From contig NC_045138.2 in the NCBI RefSeq assembly GCF_008831285.2, positions 33,418,001-33,482,000 of the forward strand: a stretch of 64,000 bases of DNA. The letters run 5' to 3'. Below the pieces are notes generated by a model. That model saw only the letters and a list, made by a program, of their open reading frames with translations. It searched no databases and was not told the DNA's origin. Below, piece after piece: positions 41,038 to 62,000 of the stretch (positions are counted from its first letter, which is position 1; every line of letters begins with the position of its first letter). Made by a program: the position numbers and the translations under genes. This DNA comes from Nymphaea colorata. Lineage: Eukaryota.

Positions 41038-43935
41038 CTCTTTTCTTGTATCTCTTCTAATCATGGCATCCTAGAGCAGGCGTTTCAAGTCTGATTCAGA
41101 CCCATGATATGTCGAGCCGCCAGGAGAGACGGCCGCAGTGACGGCGCTTGGCACGCAACTGCTAGAAACACCAATCGAGGGGCGTTTTTTCTCCGGCTTT
41201 TTACCAAGTCAAGTCGTCCAAGAACAATTTACTTGAAAGACTATTCGCGCATCCAAACAAGCTAAACATATGAGATGGGAGGCACGCAGCCTCGTTTCAC
41301 ATCAAGTGCAATCACCACTTGCAAGAGGGTGAAAATTGATCCCATGTATGAGGTAATACAAAGATAACAAAAAACATGGTAATAGTATCAGAAATCTGTA
41401 GTTGCTGCGAAGACCTTGCATTAGAAGTCACTGATCACTATTTCCGATGCATGCCAACATGCCAAAGTACTATTGGAGAACCACAAACTGGTTGCAATTA
41501 TATCAGGAATTTCAATTTGTCAGGCTTTTGCTTGAATTGTCATCTTGTAGATTTTCGGGACAAAAAGGCTTACAACCTACAACTTACCAAATGAGGCAGC
41601 CTCGAAGTGGCATAAAATCAATTATATCAGGAATTCCAATTTGTCAATCTTAGAAAATTTATCCTGTTAATTTGACTCAGGATCAGATCACAAGATGGAG
41701 CACGTTGCATCGTGCTTTAACAGTTTGACGCTGATGATATTACTCCATTAACAGGCTCTTTATTTTCCTCGTGGCCGCCTTCTGCGGTTCACCATCTCGT
41801 CGACGTTGGGTGGTGGCTTTTCAACTTGGGTGCTGTTCATGATTACATGGGAGAGCAATTTGTCACGCGTGGTAAGTTTTCCTGATCATAACCGAGAAGG
41901 TGCTGAAAGAAAGGTGCCGAACCTGGTTTCTGCCCTAAATTGGGTTCGGCAGCAATCAGCGGTGGTCAAGTTGATCAGCCTAAAAGCATTCGGCAAGTTG
42001 CTCTACCAAAAAACCACTTTAAATTTGGGTTACTTCCCTCCCAATTCATGAGAGCAATAGCACAAATTTGAATATGAATCCTTCGGTTGAATCATAATGC
42101 CCCCAAATTCTCTATTCTTGTTTTTGGAGTTTGCACAATAAAAGGCGCACCTATCACTACCGCCCCTACCATCTGCCAAACAAACTACGACATAAAATAT
42201 GTCTATCTTGAAGACGAGCTTTCATGATTTGCAGCAGTTGGTCCACCTCGACCAACGTCCACCCATTCTTAGTTGGAAGTTGGAAGGTGGTCCTTGTGGT
42301 TTTTTGTGCATTTTACCGAATCTTTCCAATAGAAAGTCTTTCCAATAGCAAGCCATTTTGGCTTCGGCCCAGCTGAACAACAAGAACCGTGCTCATATAT
42401 TAACCATTTACTCTTGTTTATTGAGAAGGTTATGATTAATGCACGACAGACTCCCAAGCACATCTTATGGTGTTCTAATTTTTTTTTTTCCAATATAGCT
42501 GCGTAAGTAGACGCAAAATGTGAAAACATATAAATTTTTAAAAAAATAATGAAAAACTGACATAATCATGCTATGCTTTTCAAAGTAAAAACATGCTCTT
42601 GAAGCACGTATTTAAAGAACACACAGTATTCGTTTTCTTAAACACTTCCTTGGGCAACAGCAGCACGTCAAATGCTGCTATGTTTGCCTAATCAAGTTGC
42701 TTCATTTTTCTTTTTTAAATTTATGGGGAAAAGAGACTAAAATTTTCTTTTCGACTATTGAAGAAAGGAAAATGGTTTCTTAACACTTTTCAAAAATGGG
42801 TTGATGTGTCTGTCTTGAAATGGGATGGTGTAGCGGAAGGCAATAGCGGCTGTCACAAAAGCAGCCGTGGTTCGGCTCTTGCAGGTGCCAAAAAAGGATC
42901 TGACGGAAGATATTAAGGTGGAAAACAGTCATAGATGGTCAGATTTTTCGTATCTTTCTTTTCCAAAACTTTGAACAGTATCCATGTGTTCCATATGATT
43001 GAATACTTACCAATCCAGATGAGTGAAGTGTCGTATGTGTAATGAGCAGCTCACTGCTGCCAAAAATTTTTGAATGATTGAATATTCTAAAGGCAGTACA
43101 TACAATGTCAAATTTCTGCTGAAGTCGAGCTGCTCGTCTATGAAATTGCATGTTTACAGCAAGATGGTTTAAGTACGGTTCGGAATTCGAAGATCAGGCC
43201 AAAACAAATCCATTGAAACTCTTGGGCAGGGAAGAGCAAATAAGATTTAAGCTCCAAAACTCTCTCTCACTCTCTCTCTCTCTCTCTCTCTCACTCATTT
43301 TATAACTTGGTGATATTTGGTCACCGTTTCCTTAATATACTTTCCATTTTGTTGACCCTCTTTCACACATACATGCGCGTTCATGTGCTCAAGTTGGCAA
43401 TAAACAAAATTTATTTCAACTTTCTTAAGGTCGCATTCTCATTAGAAGTTTAAAGGTTCAAACCTTCCCACCAAATAAAAAGGACAACAGTGGGGGGATT
43501 CTCCAGGTTGTAGAAACAAATACATTACATGCATAGACCTAAATCAGCCACTAAGGCAACAAAAAAATTAGTCCCACCGCCATGAAAATTGGAACAAAGG
43601 CGAAAGCTGTACTATAAACAGTTAACGAAGAATTACGGCAAACGCCCTCCAAGTCCACAGCATCGAAGGTGGAGGTTCTAAGTGCGCGCTCGTCCATCTA
43701 TTTGCCTCATCTTTTCCTGCTTTCCAGCGTAACGGACCGCCTGGGTGGAGCCCTTTTTTCTGTGCATAAATGCTTCTACAGTCTGGCTCTATGCAAGCTA
43801 AAAGGTGAAACAAAGTCATTTCAACCCAAATTACATCAAGCACCTATCTTCTGTATTTGCTCAAGTGGTCACAGTTTTATTGGTCTAGCTCGTTCTAAAG
43901 AGCGAGAAATGAATAGGAGAGTTCTGTTCACAAGT

Positions 43936-50782
<6,847 letters not shown>

Positions 50783-51639
50783 CTCTTTCCTTCTTCCTTT
50801 CTTCTCTTGTATCTCTTCTAATCATGGGATCCTCGAGCAGGCGTTTCAAGCCTGATTCAGGCCCACGTTGGGTCGAGCCGCCTCGGGAGACGGCCGCAGT
50901 GACGGCGTTTGGATGAGAGGCGTGAACGCAACTGCTAATGACTTTTAACAACTTTAATTTGATCTGAATAAAATTTTTACAAAATATAGTTCGACTCGGG
51001 CTCAGATCACACAACATGAAGCAATTGCATTGGACGCTGATGATATTACTTCATGAACGGGCTCTTCATTTTTTCAATCAATCAATCATCATTCGCTAGA
51101 ATCACGATGTCACCAAATTCTATACTCAACTTTGGAGCTTGCGCAATAAAAGCCCATCCTATCACTTTGGAGAGTGATTCCATATTCCAGCCATGCTACC
51201 CGCCAAACAGACTGCGACAAAAATACGTCTACCTTGGAGACGAAAGGGCCACCATCACCATGTGAAGCTCCGACGCCAAACCTACTCATGGTCTGATCTG
51301 CGGCAGCTGGTCCACAGGTCGATTGTTATCGTCGACTTGCGTTGGCCACTCTTGGTTGAGAGGTGGCTCTAGTGGGGACGGAGTGGCGGCTACAAAAGCA
51401 CCACCCTAGTTTCTCACCCACCCACCGTTGAAGATAGGAAGCACAAACTCTACAAACATTTTGAAATTTTGGCTTTTATTTTTTTCACACCGGTAATATT
51501 TTAATCTAAATTCATGAATGTCAACTGTTTGATATTTGTGCTTTTCGGCTGGTCTTGCTATATAATATTTCAAATCATTTCATACGGAAAAAAGTTCAGT
51601 ATTATTCGAATAACAGGGGATACTAACATATCCAAGGAG

Positions 51640-51910
51640 GTTGAGGGAGCAAAGCCTGGCACTAGGCCATACATAAATTATCGGACCATCCTAGGTGGGC
51701 CCGATAATGTTTTTCTAATATATATTTGATTATTTTTTATATATAATTATAATATTTCATTAGATTAATTATATTTATATATTATGTTATATTAAAAACA
51801 TATATATTTTTAATTTAATTGAACCGGGATCTCGGGCTGAACCCCAGGCCCAGGTTTCGAGTGTTAGGCCAGCCCGAGCCTGACTCGTGCCGGGCCAGCC
51901 CGATGCCGAG
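51640..51910. mobile_element. Probable MITE-like insertion truncating the kinase remnant
   Basis: GC-rich gggcc/gcccg motif blocks flank an AT-rich core and directly abut the exon-6 remnant. Termini unresolved. Confidence 0.4.
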
Positions 51911-51914
51911 ACAT

Positions 51915-52430
51915 AGAGCATACTTGTCATCCTCTTCCCGCTCAAGATCCCTAAGCCTATGACTCCTAATATGAAGACATCAGATTTGGTGGAGAAGCTG
52001 AAATTTTGTGCAACAAACAACCATACATCCTTCAGAGAAATTGAAACCACAACAGCATTTGCATCGATTTAAAATGTGCCATACGTTTCCATGAAAACTT
52101 CCGACGTTGGCTTGTCTCACTAGCAGTTGAGAGTTGTTCTGTGCTCTTAAATAGAGTATTTTACATCTTTGAATTGTAATTAAAGTAACACATCAATAAT
52201 AAAATGTCTTAAATTCCATATATCCAAAAGAGCCTCATCTCTTAACCGGCCACAACTGAAAGAATGTGTTGCAACGTTTGCTTAACCTGAACTTCTAGAT
52301 ATACTGTGATAATCAAACCATCCAGAAGAACGTTGCTGGCTTTAAGATCTCTCTCTATTTATATCTAGATCACAATTTCTATCTCAAAGCGTTTCTCCCA
52401 ATCCAACTGCTTGCTCAGAGTGGCATCTAC
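51915..52430 (-). pseudogene. Degraded SD1-type kinase exon fragments
   Basis: Minus-strand pieces: DATLSKQLDWEKRFEI (about 52428-52381), RDLKASNVLLD (about 52352-52320) and STKSDVFILGVIGLGILSGKRMTS (about 51993-51922), separated by deletions. Confidence 0.85.
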
Positions 52431-53393
52431 TATGTTTCCAAAGAAAATGAGTTTTGCATACTCTGAATAAGCAGGAAATTTGTTCAATTTTAACTTCAGA
52501 TTATCCTTTTTGCCAGGAATCATTCTTAAATTGTGTTTTTTCTATGTCATAGATCAAATGCTTATTTATGTTTTATAGTGTTTGATCGAGAAAGAACTGG
52601 GGACTTTATAAACATAGCATTTAAGTTTGTATTCACAAGCGTTAGACCACTCGTGAGATACGTGGGATGGCGCACATACGTGCAGATTTGTACATGCCTC
52701 GGTGAGCTGCATCTAACAAGATTGGCCGGCGATCTTGTGCAGATTTGTACATGGCATCTGTGCTACTTGTCACTAAAAAAAGAAAGGAACTTCCAATTGT
52801 GGAAACAATAATTGAAAAGACACTTAACTTTCGAACACATGCTGTAAATAAAAAAAAATGTTCAAAAATATCAATATAAGAATAAAAAAAAATTTGAAGT
52901 CCAAGTAAACACTTTGAACACATATGCCGCACCAACCTCGGCCCCTGGTTTGGCATGAATAATATTGTGCCCCTGGTTTGATATGAATAATATTATAAAA
53001 GCACTTGAATATTACATCAGATACAAATCAAAATTTAAATAATACTGCATCGCTTTTGATTTAATTTTGAACTTATAGCCAACATCCGTTTTGAAAGCCG
53101 GTTTTTAAATAATATAAAAATGTGGTTCCGATTTGTCATCCATTATTTAGATTCTGTATGAATCCAAATCAATAGTTTTTAAAAACTGGCAGAAATCTGA
53201 TTAATCCACTACTGAAATGACATAAAGGGTGATAAATAGTGGACTTCTCAAAGGCATGATGACATTGTCTCATACAGGCTATTTGAGGCTTATGAGAATT
53301 CAAATGCTTCTAGTGGACAATCTGCTTGTTGGATTTCCAGTCATTGACGAAAAGAAAAAACAGATAGTAAGTTCACAGTTTTGTGATTGAAAA

Positions 53394-53614
53394 GGTATGC
53401 TGGAAGGAGAGCAGGAAGTAGCGGTCAAGAGCCTACCCATGGGGTCTAAAGGAGGCACCATGGAGTTCATGAATAAAGTGAGATTAATAGCAAGGCATCA
53501 ACATATAAACCTGGAACAGCTTATAGGCTGCTTTGTTGAAGAGGAAGAGAAGAGAAGAGAGGATTTTGGCTTATGAATACATGCCCAACAGAAGCCTCGA
53601 CATATTCCTGTTTG
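53394..53614 (+). pseudogene. Inverted, frameshifted kinase exon (subdomains II-V)
   Basis: Plus strand reads GMLEGEQEVAVKSLPMGSKGGTMEFMNKVRLIARHQHINLEQLIGCFVEEEE, then an agaag slippage, then [18 protein letters not shown], ending in the same G/gtttgt donor as the paralogs. Confidence 0.88.
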
Positions 53615-54528
53615 GTTTGTTTCTCTTGCCTCTGTTTTCATGCCTTTGTTGCAATCACATTTAGATGTTGCACTGGACATGATTTAAATGTAAAACAATG
53701 AGAATTAAGGTCAAGTAATTGGTTTCCTAAGTCAAATATTGGAAGCTGAGAAAGGCAGCAACTGACCAATACACTGAATTAAATTTCACAGATCAAACAA
53801 GTTAAGAAAACCAAAACAGGATGACATCCTTATTTATAAACAATACTAACAGATCAATGCTGTCATGTCTTGTGAATGTGAAAAAAATATAATTACGAGA
53901 ACTTACATCAAATTTGAATGGTAATAGGCATATTTGAAGGTATGGGAATCTTGTATTTAACTGCCTGAATTATGTATAAAAAAGAAGCCGAACGAAGCAC
54001 TTCTAATTCAAGCTAGTTCTTCTTAAACAACAAGAACGGAAGACATGCTTGGCAAAAAACCACCGTTATAGCTCAATAGCGGCGACAAAGACTACCGGTA
54101 TTAGTCTATACCGGTGCATTTCTTCGACGCTATACCTACTTATAGCGATGATAGGTTCCCCCGCTAAATCGGTCTTTTACCGGTGTTGGTTGTCGCCGTT
54201 GGAAGTCTTCACCGCTGTAGACCTATAACGGTGATATATGCCACCGGTATACGTCATTAAAACTAGTCACCCAAACCAACTGAAAGTACAGCCGGTGTTA
54301 TATGGAGCGCACACCCCCAATCCGCGAAGCGTGCACCACAGCCCTGGCAGACACACTAGGTGTGCACCTAAGTGCCAGCCTAACTCTCAGCTCTCTCTCT
54401 CTCTCCCTCCGTCTTGTGATTTAACACTTACACCTTTGATGCTTAAACAAATTTATCTGTTTAATAAACTATTTATGAAAAATCGACTTGACATGTTGAT
54501 TTCAGCACTGACGGTACTCTTTCATACT

Positions 54529-54846
54529 ATAGTTTGTCATTCTAATTGTGGCTTCATTGTTCGAAACCTGCAGTCCACATTATTTCCTATTTCAATTGTT
54601 CAATTTCCTTTAGCATTGAAATTATGATTATTTAAGTATGTAGAATCTTGATCAGTTACCTCTACCTCTACCTGACACTTGCACTCTTGACTTCCTAACA
54701 GGGGATAGTTTGTCATTGTAATTGCCTTCATTGTTCGAAAGCTGCAGTCCACGTTATTTCCTATTTCAATTGTTCAATTTACCTTAGCATTGAAATTACG
54801 ATTATCTAAGTTTGTAGAAACTTGATAAGTTAACTTTACCTGACAA
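54529..54846. repeat. Diverged direct duplication, period about 176 bp
   Basis: atagtttgtcatt...ttcattgttcgaaa.ctgcagtccac.ttatttcctatttcaattgttcaattt...acctgaca begins at 54529 and 54705. Confidence 0.88.
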
Positions 54847-57800
54847 ATGCAAAGCGCTTGGAGGACTTCATGTCGAACATGGGATTTTCTGCGGGTGTTT
54901 CTCGTAATATGATTGCACAGAAATGAAGGAAATGTTTTGAGGAATCGACCTAAGTTTGAAGCTTGAAATCTTGGATGCCTGTGGCATTGCCAGCCTGATC
55001 ATTCTGCAACCAATGGAAGTTGGGACTTGCTTCTGAGGTTCCTGAGATATCCTTCACAACAAAAGCGCGCACGAGCAATCCAACAACAACCACCATTCAC
55101 CTTTGGCAGCTATATCATTGCCCTTCTTCATACCGTTGTTCAGAAGCATCTTGGTGTTTGCATGAAAAAATTCCATCAAAATTAATTCCCCTCTAGGAAA
55201 CAGAAAGGTCTCTGCGACAGATAGATTATAGATCTAAAACCAAACATATAGTGACCATGAACCACAGAGATTTTTACAGAGACCAACATGAGTATGTCTA
55301 ATATTTGAACAGTTAACCAGAGTTTAACATGTGAACTAAGAACAGACTAAACAATACAAGTCTTGCTCCCAACCAAACTAGTTCAGATGATTCCTTGTTC
55401 CCTTCTGGTTTATATTACCATGTACGCACAATCCTCATGAACGAAGTTCTGCTAGGAAACCTAATAAGGATTAAGCCAGTGGACTTAACCACCCAGATTT
55501 TCAGTCCCTTTTGTACATATCTCTAAGTCCCACTCAGGGCCAAAACCCATCATTGATAAGCAAAATACATCATTAGCAACCACAATCAAAGAATGGAAGT
55601 TGCAATAATGTTTGATTCTAGAATGTCTCAATCGAAATAGAACCACCAACATAACTAGATGGTTTTAAGACATTACTGCCGAACGCAACTAGCTGCATCA
55701 ATTGGATTATGATGGCCTATTCAGTGAGCATCGTCAACTTATGGACTAACAACAATTTTTTTTCAAAATCAAAGCCAGAACCTTACCAAGTGTAACATTA
55801 TCCACGAGTTAATGTAAATGAATTATGAAACAAGATCAATTGTAAATTCTCACGCATCCTTCCAACTTCATCTTTCCTCAATGTTATAAATAACACATAA
55901 CTGCGAATGATCAGAGAGCTTGCATGATCAGATATGGACCCCATGTTTTTTTTTTTTTTTTCTTACAGTGCTGCACATGGATCTAGAAGCGACTATGGTA
56001 CAGGAAACGTCCCATGACAAAATCAATGCATCATCTATCAAATGGATAAATAGAATACGTAGTCTACCTTGATCTATGATTTCAAAATTGCAAAAACAAG
56101 AGATTTCTTAATTAAAAAGTTAAACACTAAACAGACAATTTAATATATATATTTATATAAAGACCTTGTCATTGTAAACAGAGGTTCATGAATTGAAAAA
56201 AAAGTTGAAAACAAATGCAACTGAATCCACCGGGTTCTGGTTCCTGATAGTTGATATCCAAAACACGCATAAAACATTGCCAAATTGCATAATGTAGGTT
56301 AGGTTCAAACTTCAAAGTTGCATCTGAAAAATAGGAAAAATTTCTCTCCATGGACATCCATAACAAGTAATGCTGCCTATGCTACTACAGAATGCAAGGT
56401 TCCATTAAAAGAATCAGAATGACCAGTAAAATTACTCTCAATACTTAACAGTTATCGAAACAAATAAGTTCTTATTATGTATGCTTACTCCTTGGAATCT
56501 TCAAATAATTTAATCATAAAATTTGAACTTCTATAAAATCTTTGATGACAGATAAAGACCAAAATATACCCTGGAAGTTCTGTGTTAGTCTACATGAAGT
56601 CATCCTATATTTTACCTTCCGCTTTAAATGTGTAATTAATGTCTTTCAGTATGCAGAAATATTATAAACATTTTAGTAGTTTAACAAGAAAATATTATCA
56701 AAAGCTTCTTAATATTAGCCATCTCGACCCTTTCTTTCTTTCAATTTATTTGGGTACTTTTCTAAATTTTTATCACTCGTGGACTCACAAATAACTAGCT
56801 CCTTGACATATTCATAGATTTTTGGTAGATTTTAATGGCCACATATACCAGATTTTCACGCAATCTTATGTTTTTTTCATAATATTTTTTGCATGAATAA
56901 AATTATAAATACAAACTACGACTGAGGTTGAGACTTAGAGCAGTCATAGAAATCCAGGGGTATTTCAGCCACTTCAAGAAAATAAGCTTTAAATTTTCAG
57001 CTTGAGGTAATCTGGTTCCTATAATGCATCAAAGTATATGAAGAAAATGTCAATCAGCAGGCAAAACAAAGGAGTTTATTACTTGACGAGGACGAAAGGT
57101 AAAAGTAGAACCAGGGGCAGAGGGCTTGTGAGAAAGCTGATGATAAGGTCAACCAGCTCTTGCTAATAAAAGAGTTCATGCAAGAGGCTTTGGCACGCTA
57201 GTTTGGTTACCTTCCCTCACTGACTACTAACACTATAATGTGGATGATGATAAGGAAAAAAACGGCAAAGAACGGACCTGTGCGAAGTAATATTCCCAGT
57301 GTCAACTCTCTCTCCCTTTATTCGAGTGTGCTCACATCTATAGTGAAAAATAATGACGATCGGAAAGTAAAACCTCTCACCAAAAAAAAAAAAACTATGG
57401 AATTGTTCAGACGATGAAAATTCTTCACAGCGATAAAATCCTATGAACAAGAGAGAATGAGGGAGGACCTGATTAAGCAGTTCTGCGGTGAGGCTGTGGC
57501 CATCGTCGAGATTCGCTTGGATTGAAGCATACTCCTCCAATGGGATCTCCCTTTCCTGGCTGAAGTTAATACATCAAAAACTTTTAAGGGGCAGTCCATA
57601 TGTAAACAACAAAATGACTAAGATACCAATGTCAAAAAGAGCAATTTTATGTGGGCTGGTGTCGGCAATTGCCCACACCAGCTTCCATATACCTCTGCCA
57701 CTGCCAGCAATACAAACCATTCTTGATCCAGGCATGTGGAAGTCTCGCTTCTTGACTCTCTTTTTCTTTAGGACTTGAAGAAATGAAAGCTGCACCTTAT

Positions 57801-58585
57801 TCAATAATGCAAAATCAACTCAAAGAAGGAAAAAAATGAGCAATTGTATCTTATATTGATGAGAAACATTTTCTAACCATTTTTATAATATATATAAGCT
57901 TTACAGAATATCTGGAGCCAACAAACATGAGAACTATGCAGATTAATGTGAGCCGTCTAATCCTTTTACATAAGAGTACCATGTGTAAAGTAATCTTTTC
58001 GAAAAGATGAACGACAGTATATATTTTGACTTTGGAAAAATAACTTTGCATGTAACACCTTGTGAGCAATCAATCAAAACAATTACAAGCATTAAATCAA
58101 TTTACTTAATTCTCATATTTGCTCGTATGTGTGTCTGTCTGTTCGTGCTTGTGTTTTTGTGTTAAGTGTGAAATATGTTTAACCCAAAGCCACAAAGCAA
58201 ATACCATTCTCGCTTATAAGAAAAGAAAAGTGTCTCCATTTTTGTCACTATTAAACCAAGGGTGTTCCTGAAAGGGCAGAAAGAATGTCTCAGAAGACGT
58301 TCTCTATTTCCATTTAGGGTGTTTAGTCCAAAGAGCAAGTCTGTAGTCCAAGAGATAGTGGAGCGGCAAGGAGATGACGCACACTATCCCAGTTAGGAAA
58401 ACACTCAACAAGTGCACCAATGCCTTCCAGAGTTAACACCTTGAGGACACATTAAGGTTTGAGGGAAGGGTGATTGATAGTCCCCCTGATATGAAGTCTT
58501 GAAATGTAAGTGACGATAATATAGTATGACTAAGAGTAGGGGACCTGGATCCACTTATTATGAGGTTCCACTTGTATCACCCTTC

Positions 58586-58586
<1 letters not shown>

Positions 58587-58632
<46 letters not shown>
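58587..58632. repeat. Compound (AT)n(GT)n microsatellite
   Basis: Directly visible. Confidence 0.95.
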
Positions 58633-58635
<3 letters not shown>

Positions 58636-59087
58636 GGGTGATCCGACTTTTATGAAAAAGGTAACGAAAGTAATCCCCTTGTTGGTGTTGGGGTTTGTCC
58701 TAATTTGGTGGATAATCACTCTTTCTTCTTCATTTCCCCTTTCTATTCTCGAACGCAGCTGGGCAGAGTCGAGATAGTAGAAGGAAAGCGAGAGAAGCTA
58801 CCAAAGTGCTTTGAACCCAAAATTATGTATGCATGAAATCTACTAGAGAGGAAGTGCGCATGCACGAGAATTCAACCATGGGCATAAAATTGATTCATAT
58901 GCAAAGCAAAGCACTAACTTGTTATTAGAAAGAGAAATTTATGTTTTCTGCGCAATGATTTGAAAAAGTTAGAAAGTCTATATAACACTCCAAAAGCAGA
59001 TAAAATAAACCGCAAAATGGAGAAAAAATTTGCATTACACACTGCATATATGCCTAAGCTATTAGATGATCCAATTTTGGAACCTAT

Positions 59088-62000
59088 AGAATAGAAGTCT
59101 GATTTTAAATGGTCTAGGACGTTGCATTTTAAACTTTTATATATGATATGGATTAGAGGTCTCATCCAATCCCCTTTGGGATGTTGGATTTGGGATTTCG
59201 ACCAAATGGAATTTGGGATTCCATCCTAAGATTTAAAATAGAAGTCTGATTTTAAATGGTCTAGGACGTTGGATTTTAAACTTATATATATGATACGGAT
59301 TAAAAGTCTCATCCAATCCGGTTTGGGATGTTGCATTTGGGATTTCAACCAATGGTCAAGATCAGAGGTCTCACCTGATCTGGTCTGGGATGTTGGATTC
59401 AAGATTTTGTATATATATATGATACGGATTAGAGGTCTCATCCAATCCGGTTTGGGATGTTGGATTTGGGATTTCGAAAAAATGGTCAAGATCAGAGGTC
59501 TCACCTGATCCGGTATGGGATGTTGGACTCAAGATTTTGAACAACCAGCTAGAACATAGATCTCACCTTATCCGGACTAGGATGTCGAATGTATATTTTG
59601 AATGTGGATGTGAATTTTAAAATATTAACCCAAGTCTAGACCACGTTTAAAATCGCTTTGAGTATACATACAATCCAATGGAATTTAGAAACCTAAAAGT
59701 TGAAAGGTGCATTTAAAAACTTGAGAATTTAGCAATGATTTAAGAGAAGTGCTAAATCAAATCCAAAAAAATTGAAGATATCTGGTGAAATTGAGAAAAT
59801 TCCAAGAAAATCAATAATAAGAATTTGAAGTCAATTTACAAAATTTTGGAAAACTTAGAGAGTGGTTTCAAAGATTTATAAAACAGGAAATGATTTCAAA
59901 GATTCATAAACCTTTTGTATCAGTTCAATGACGTTTGATTTAGGGTTTGAATCTAAGAAATAGATCAGAGGTCTAACCTGATCTGGTATGAGGTGTTGAA
60001 TTAGGGATTCTGAGCTAATGTTTGAATAAGAGGTCAGCACTGATCCGGTCTAGGATGTTGCATGCAGGATTTAGACCAAAGCTTTTGGATTTTGAACTTT
60101 AAAACTCGAACCTCTACTTTACACCACGCTTAAAATCATTTTAAAAATTCATTCAATCCACTATAACCAACAAACATCAAAATGGAAAAGTGCATTGAAA
60201 AACTTTGAGAATTTGACAAGCATTTAAGAAATATTTTAAATCAAATACAAGGAATTGAGAAGATTCGAAGATCTATATAGACAAAGTAATATTCTTCAAG
60301 TGATTTCAAAAACTCCTAAGGGATGTGAAAAGAATTTACAGGAAATCAAAAAGCCACCCATCTGTTTCATGTGATCAAATATATGAGACGGGATTTGAAA
60401 TTTTGATATAAGAGATAGATGAGAGGTCCGATCTAGTCCGGCTTGCCAAATGGAATTTGGGATTCCATCCTAAGATTTAAAATAGAAGTCTGATTTTAAA
60501 TGGTCTAGGACGTTAGATTTTAAACTTACATATATGATACGGATTACAGGTCTCATCCAATCCGGTTTGGGATGTTGCATTTGGGATTTCGACCAATGGT
60601 AAAGATCAGAGGTCTCACCTGATCTGGTCTGGGATGTTGGATTCAAGATTTTCAATATATATATGATACGGATTCGAGGTCTCATCCAACCTGGTTTGGG
60701 ATGTTGGATTTGGGATTTCGAAAAAATGGTCAAGATCAGAGGTCTCACCTGATCCGGTCTGGGATGTTGGACTCAAGATTTTGGATAAATATATGATACG
60801 GATTAGAGGTCTCATCCAATCCGGTTTGGGATGTTGGATTTGGGATTTCAAAAAAATGGTCAAGATCAGAGGTCTCACCTGATCCGGTCTGGGATGTTGG
60901 ACTCAAGATTTTGAACAACCAGCTAGAACATAGATCTCACCTTATCAAATCGAATTTGGGATTCCATCCTAAGAATTAAAATAGAAGTCTGATTTTAAAT
61001 GGTCTAGGACGTTGGATTTTAAACTTATATATATGATACGGATTAGAGGTCTCATCCAATCCGGTTGGGATGTTGCATTTGGTATTTCGACCAATGGTCA
61101 AGATCAGAGGTCTCACCTGATCTGGTCTGGGATGTTGGATGCAAGATATTCAACATATATATGATACGGATTAGAGGTCTCATCCAATCCGGTTTGGGAT
61201 GTTGGATTTGGGATTTCGAAAAAATGGACAACATCAGAGGTCTCACCTGATCCGGTCTGGGATGTTGGACTCAAGATTTTGGATATATATATGATACAAG
61301 ATTTTGAACAACCAGCCAGAACATAGATCTCACCTTATCAAATGGAATTTGGGATTCCATCCTAAGATTTAAAATAGAAGTCTGATTTTAAATGGTCTAG
61401 GACGTTGGATTTTAAACTTATATATATGATACGGATTAGAGGTCTCATCCAATCCGGTTTGGGATGTTGCATTTGGGATTTCGACCAATGGTCAAGATCA
61501 GAGGTCTCACCTGATCTGGTCTGGGATGTTGGATTCAAGATTTTCAATATATATATGATACGGATTAGAGGTCTCATCCAATCCGGTTTGGGATGTTGGA
61601 TTTGGGATTTCGAAGAAATGGTCAAGATCAGAGGTCTCACCTGATCCGGTCTGGGATGTTCGATTCAAGATTTTGGATATATATATGATACGGATTAGAG
61701 GTCTCATCCAATCCGGTTTGGGATGTTGGATTTGGGATTTCGAAAAAATGGTCAAGATCAGAGGTCCCACCTGATCCGGTCTGCGATGTTGGACTCAAGA
61801 TTTTGAACAACCAGCTAGAACATAGATCTCACCTTATCAAATGGAATTTGGGATTCCATCCTAAGATTTAAAATAGAAGTCTGATTTTAAATGGTCTAGG
61901 ACGTTGGATTTTAAACTTATATATATGATACGGATTAGAGGTCTCATCCAATCCGGTTTGGGATGTTGCATTTGGGATTTCGACCAATGGTCAAGATCAG

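Noticed and set aside
54050..54400. Cluster of accggt/ccgctata motifs suggesting a CACTA subterminal region
   Set aside because: No CACTA terminus or target-site duplication could be located.
57050..57804. Short minus-strand ORFs that might be exons of a decayed gene
   Set aside because: No protein family recognised and stops occur in plausible frames; a translated database search would be needed.
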